Shown here: in pieces, positions 26,882-29,403 of the stretch
Numbering within the stretch: the stretch's first letter is position 1
Layout: each line of letters begins with the position of its first letter
Source of the DNA: a virus
Lineage: Duplodnaviria; Caudoviricetes
IMG/VR virus record: IMGVR_UViG_3300020431_000444
Location: 1 to 29,403 of that record
Direction: 5' to 3' (one strand)
Length of the DNA: 29,403 nt
Program-made: the position numbers and the translations under genes
Notes under the pieces: generated by a model
Database searches by the model: none
The model's input: the letters and a program-made list of their open reading frames with translations, nothing else
What the model was told of the DNA's origin: nothing

Positions 26882-29365
26882 AGAGAAAAAGAAATCATTC
26901 TTGGTCACTTCAGTTACATCGAAGTCCCCTCTAGACGGCGCTGGCGGTAGGACGGTTTTGTCCTGATTGATGATCTTCACGACTTCTTGTTCAAAGTCAG
27001 CTAACGGATCGTTGTCGTGGAATATTTTTAGAAAACTTGGTTTAATGCAATGTTCGAGAAAATCTGGCAGATCAGCCGCGTGGGTTCCAAAAGAGTCATG
27101 GATCGTGTTGTAATAGATAGGCCCTCGCCCAAAGCTGTCCTCTTGGTCTAGCGCTAGATTAACAGCTCCTCTTAATATGGAACCATCAAGACTATGCACC
27201 CAGTTTGGCGCTATCGAACTTGCCATTTTTTTACTATCAAGTTTTTTGGTGTCTTCAAACAGACTCAGGCGATAGATGACGCCATCTAGAAAAGTTGAAA
27301 CTCGGATGTGCTTTTGCTCGTAGCGAGCTTGCTGTACAGGAAAACCATCAGGCGTAAACCAGACTAACGGAATTGGTGTCTCACTTTCGCTGACAAGTCG
27401 AGAGGCTTTTTGCATCCATTGCATACATTGACGGGCGGCTGGGATTGTTTCGTGGATGCTATCCCAAAGCTTGCTGGAAATGTACGCGATAAATTTTGAA
27501 TCGTCCTCCTGGTATGGGTGTGTTTCTCCAGCTTTGATGCGTGACTGAATGCTTAATCTCACGTACTTCATAACAGCGTGAAACGTTCCCGAATAAGGGA
27601 TGACGAGGCACGGTCTTTTTGCCTCGGACCTCCCAATTCCAAACTCCAACGCGGCTCGCGCTAATGGAAGTTTTTCAGGGTCTGTTTCTGATTCAAATTT
27701 TCGATTTGAGAGATCAGCGACATGCATATAGAGGTCTTGTCGCTCACGCCTGTCTGTCAAATTTACCCATCTTGCACCTTCTCTGTCGCGCAAGGCAGCA
27801 GAAAAAATCTGCATTCCAGAGCAAGTAGCATCGACGTTACAGGGTAAATGCGAGACATAGCCAAAACCTTCGCGTCGAAAATTACTCCACTCCATGCACC
27901 AGCGCACGAATTGAAATGGTTCATCTGCTTCGGTCCATCTCAAATCGTTGAACGGATCGCTCGCTATTTCAAAAATCCAATTTTCATTATCGACAACCCA
28001 ATCGGCGCGCTCTTGTAGAGGCAGTTTGTCTCTTCCATAATGATTTGCGCCCGTGATCGCCAGCCAAGCCGCTTGCTCTTCGTTTTGAATTCGTTTGCCT
28101 TGTGCAAATTCGAGTTGACCTTTAACAAAATCTGGCCCTTGGCGATTCAAGAAAGTAGACACATCGTATATTCTACCACGACTACAAAGCTGAACCGGAA
28201 AATAAAGCTCTTCCTCTTTTTCAAATTTCTGAGCGAGATGAATTACCCTACTAACCATTAGCCGTTTGCTAATACGTCTTCTGTTATGGTCATGCACAAG
28301 ATAACACTCGCGGCGGTAGGCATTCTTTATCTCCCCGTCTTTGTCTGCACCAATCGGGGCTGGTGGTATTTCTTCTTGATCAGCTAAAGGGAGACCAGCA
28401 ATCTCACGATTAAGATTGTAAACATGCTCAAGCAATTCAGGCATAACAGCACTAATGCGAAACGGAACCTCCTGAATAGCGTTTATTGCCCTCAGAGGTT
28501 CTGACAAATCCATGTTGTTCATCTCTTCCAAAAACTGCGGCTTAATTCCTTTGACCAACGGATAGGAGGTTATGTTTTCTGTAAAATATCCACCGCCGAA
28601 TAACTTACCGTTCTCCCAAGGTTTCGGCTTCGTCAACATCGGCAACATAACCGTAAAAACGTCTTCATTTGCCTTGATGCGCTCATCAATTTTGTTCAGC
28701 ATTTCTGGTGTTGGCTGGACAATGCGGCGTTGTTTTCCATCTTGCCACACCTTTGAAATTTTACACATGCCCGTAGCATTGCCGAAAAGCTCAACAAGGA
28801 CTCTTCCCAAGCTTGTCATCTGTCTCTTGTCCCAGACTTGCCATTCCATTTTGAGCTGCGAGAATTTCCGCTGGAGCATTTCCTTTCTTCGGCGACGAGG
28901 AAGATCGCGGGTATCGAAGTCCTTGAGCATTTTCTTGGCAAGCTTCAAATAATTTTCACTGAAAAACCTGATACGCATCTCATCGTGAATTTTTGTACAT
29001 CCTTTAATGCTTACTGAAGACAATGCGGCAGTCTCACCTTCCTTCAGAGAGATTGGTACAAAATTAAGTATTGCCTGTGTGAAAAGATACGCTACGGTTG
29101 GTGTGTCGATATCGTCTAGCATTTTTGCAGCGGTATGGCGTTTTCCAGGTTTGCCTGAATTACTATCACTTTTAAAATCGTCAATCGCTTTTTCAAACGC
29201 ATCGATAGAGTGGTTCAAAACAGCCCGTCCGGTATGCGTACTGCTGTATTCGCCGCGTTGACTCGCCTTTTTGTGTAATCGGTGATACCGTCTAATCGTT
29301 TCTTCTCTCATCGATTTTTCGAGTTCTATTTGTTTCTCATACACACTGAGCGCAGTTTTTTTCAT
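26879..29365 (-). CDS. Single-subunit phage RNA polymerase, T7 gp1-like
   Basis: PML..PKPW, RGRIY, motif A DATCSGMQ, motif B R...K...Y, APNWVHSLD, motif C IHDSFGTH, C-terminal FFFS. Confidence 0.98.
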   Translation of the reverse strand: MKKTALSVYEKQIELEKSMREETIRRYHRLHKKASQRGEYSSTHTGRAVLNHSIDAFEKAIDDFKSDSNSGKPGKRHTAAKMLDDIDTPTVAYLFTQAILNFVPISLKEGETAALSSVSIKGCTKIHDEMRIRFFSENYLKLAKKMLKDFDTRDLPRRRRKEMLQRKFSQLKMEWQVWDKRQMTSLGRVLVELFGNATGMCKISKVWQDGKQRRIVQPTPEMLNKIDERIKANEDVFTVMLPMLTKPKPWENGKLFGGGYFTENITSYPLVKGIKPQFLEEMNNMDLSEPLRAINAIQEVPFRISAVMPELLEHVYNLNREIAGLPLADQEEIPPAPIGADKDGEIKNAYRRECYLVHDHNRRRISKRLMVSRVIHLAQKFEKEEELYFPVQLCSRGRIYDVSTFLNRQGPDFVKGQLEFAQGKRIQNEEQAAWLAITGANHYGRDKLPLQERADWVVDNENWIFEIASDPFNDLRWTEADEPFQFVRWCMEWSNFRREGFGYVSHLPCNVDATCSGMQIFSAALRDREGARWVNLTDRRERQDLYMHVADLSNRKFESETDPEKLPLARAALEFGIGRSEAKRPCLVIPYSGTFHAVMKYVRLSIQSRIKAGETHPYQEDDSKFIAYISSKLWDSIHETIPAARQCMQWMQKASRLVSESETPIPLVWFTPDGFPVQQARYEQKHIRVSTFLDGVIYRLSLFEDTKKLDSKKMASSIAPNWVHSLDGSILRGAVNLALDQEDSFGRGPIYYNTIHDSFGTHAADLPDFLEHCIKPSFLKIFHDNDPLADFEQEVVKIINQDKTVLPPAPSRGDFDVTEVTKNDFFFS

Positions 29366-29403
29366 GGTATCCCTCTTTCAAAAAGGTGTGTTCTGTAACA
29401 CAA

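Noticed and set aside
83-29261. All plus-strand ORFs in the track (e.g. 459-806, 1710-2096, 3574-4029, 8956-9375, 28572-28952)
   Set aside because: They are antisense shadows of well-supported minus-strand genes, with no recognisable motifs.
1-29403. tRNA, CRISPR array, integrase/att site, intron or intein
   Set aside because: None seen by eye; polymerase, helicase and RNR are uninterrupted and of normal or compact length. Integrase and terminase could lie outside the window.

Overview
The window covers about 29 kb of a T7-like podovirus (Autographiviridae-type) genome, with all real genes on the minus strand. Reading right to left: phage RNA polymerase, two small acidic ORFs, ssDNA-binding protein, endonuclease I, amidase, primase-helicase, HTH protein, family A DNA polymerase, exonuclease, DUF3310 protein, class II ribonucleotide reductase, SleB-like hydrolase, small ORFs, portal, scaffold, 2OG-Fe(II) oxygenase, HNH-like protein, major capsid protein with terminator, tail tubular A/B, internal virion proteins gp13-16, tail fibre, and a second, truncated fibre gene. 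Gene content suggests a marine alphaproteobacterial phage (inference). Beyond the ORF track I found three missed genes, a six-copy strand-specific candidate phage promoter (GCCATACTAGAA), a second 21-nt motif at three stop/RBS junctions, a multi-hairpin leader upstream of the capsid gene, atypical RNAP motifs, and a possible virion-protein modification set (prolyl-hydroxylase-like enzyme, GNAT-like gp13, and Pro-rich, collagen-like or Met-Cys-starting candidate substrates). Product calls rest on motif recognition and synteny, not database searches. No tRNA, CRISPR array or integrase was seen.
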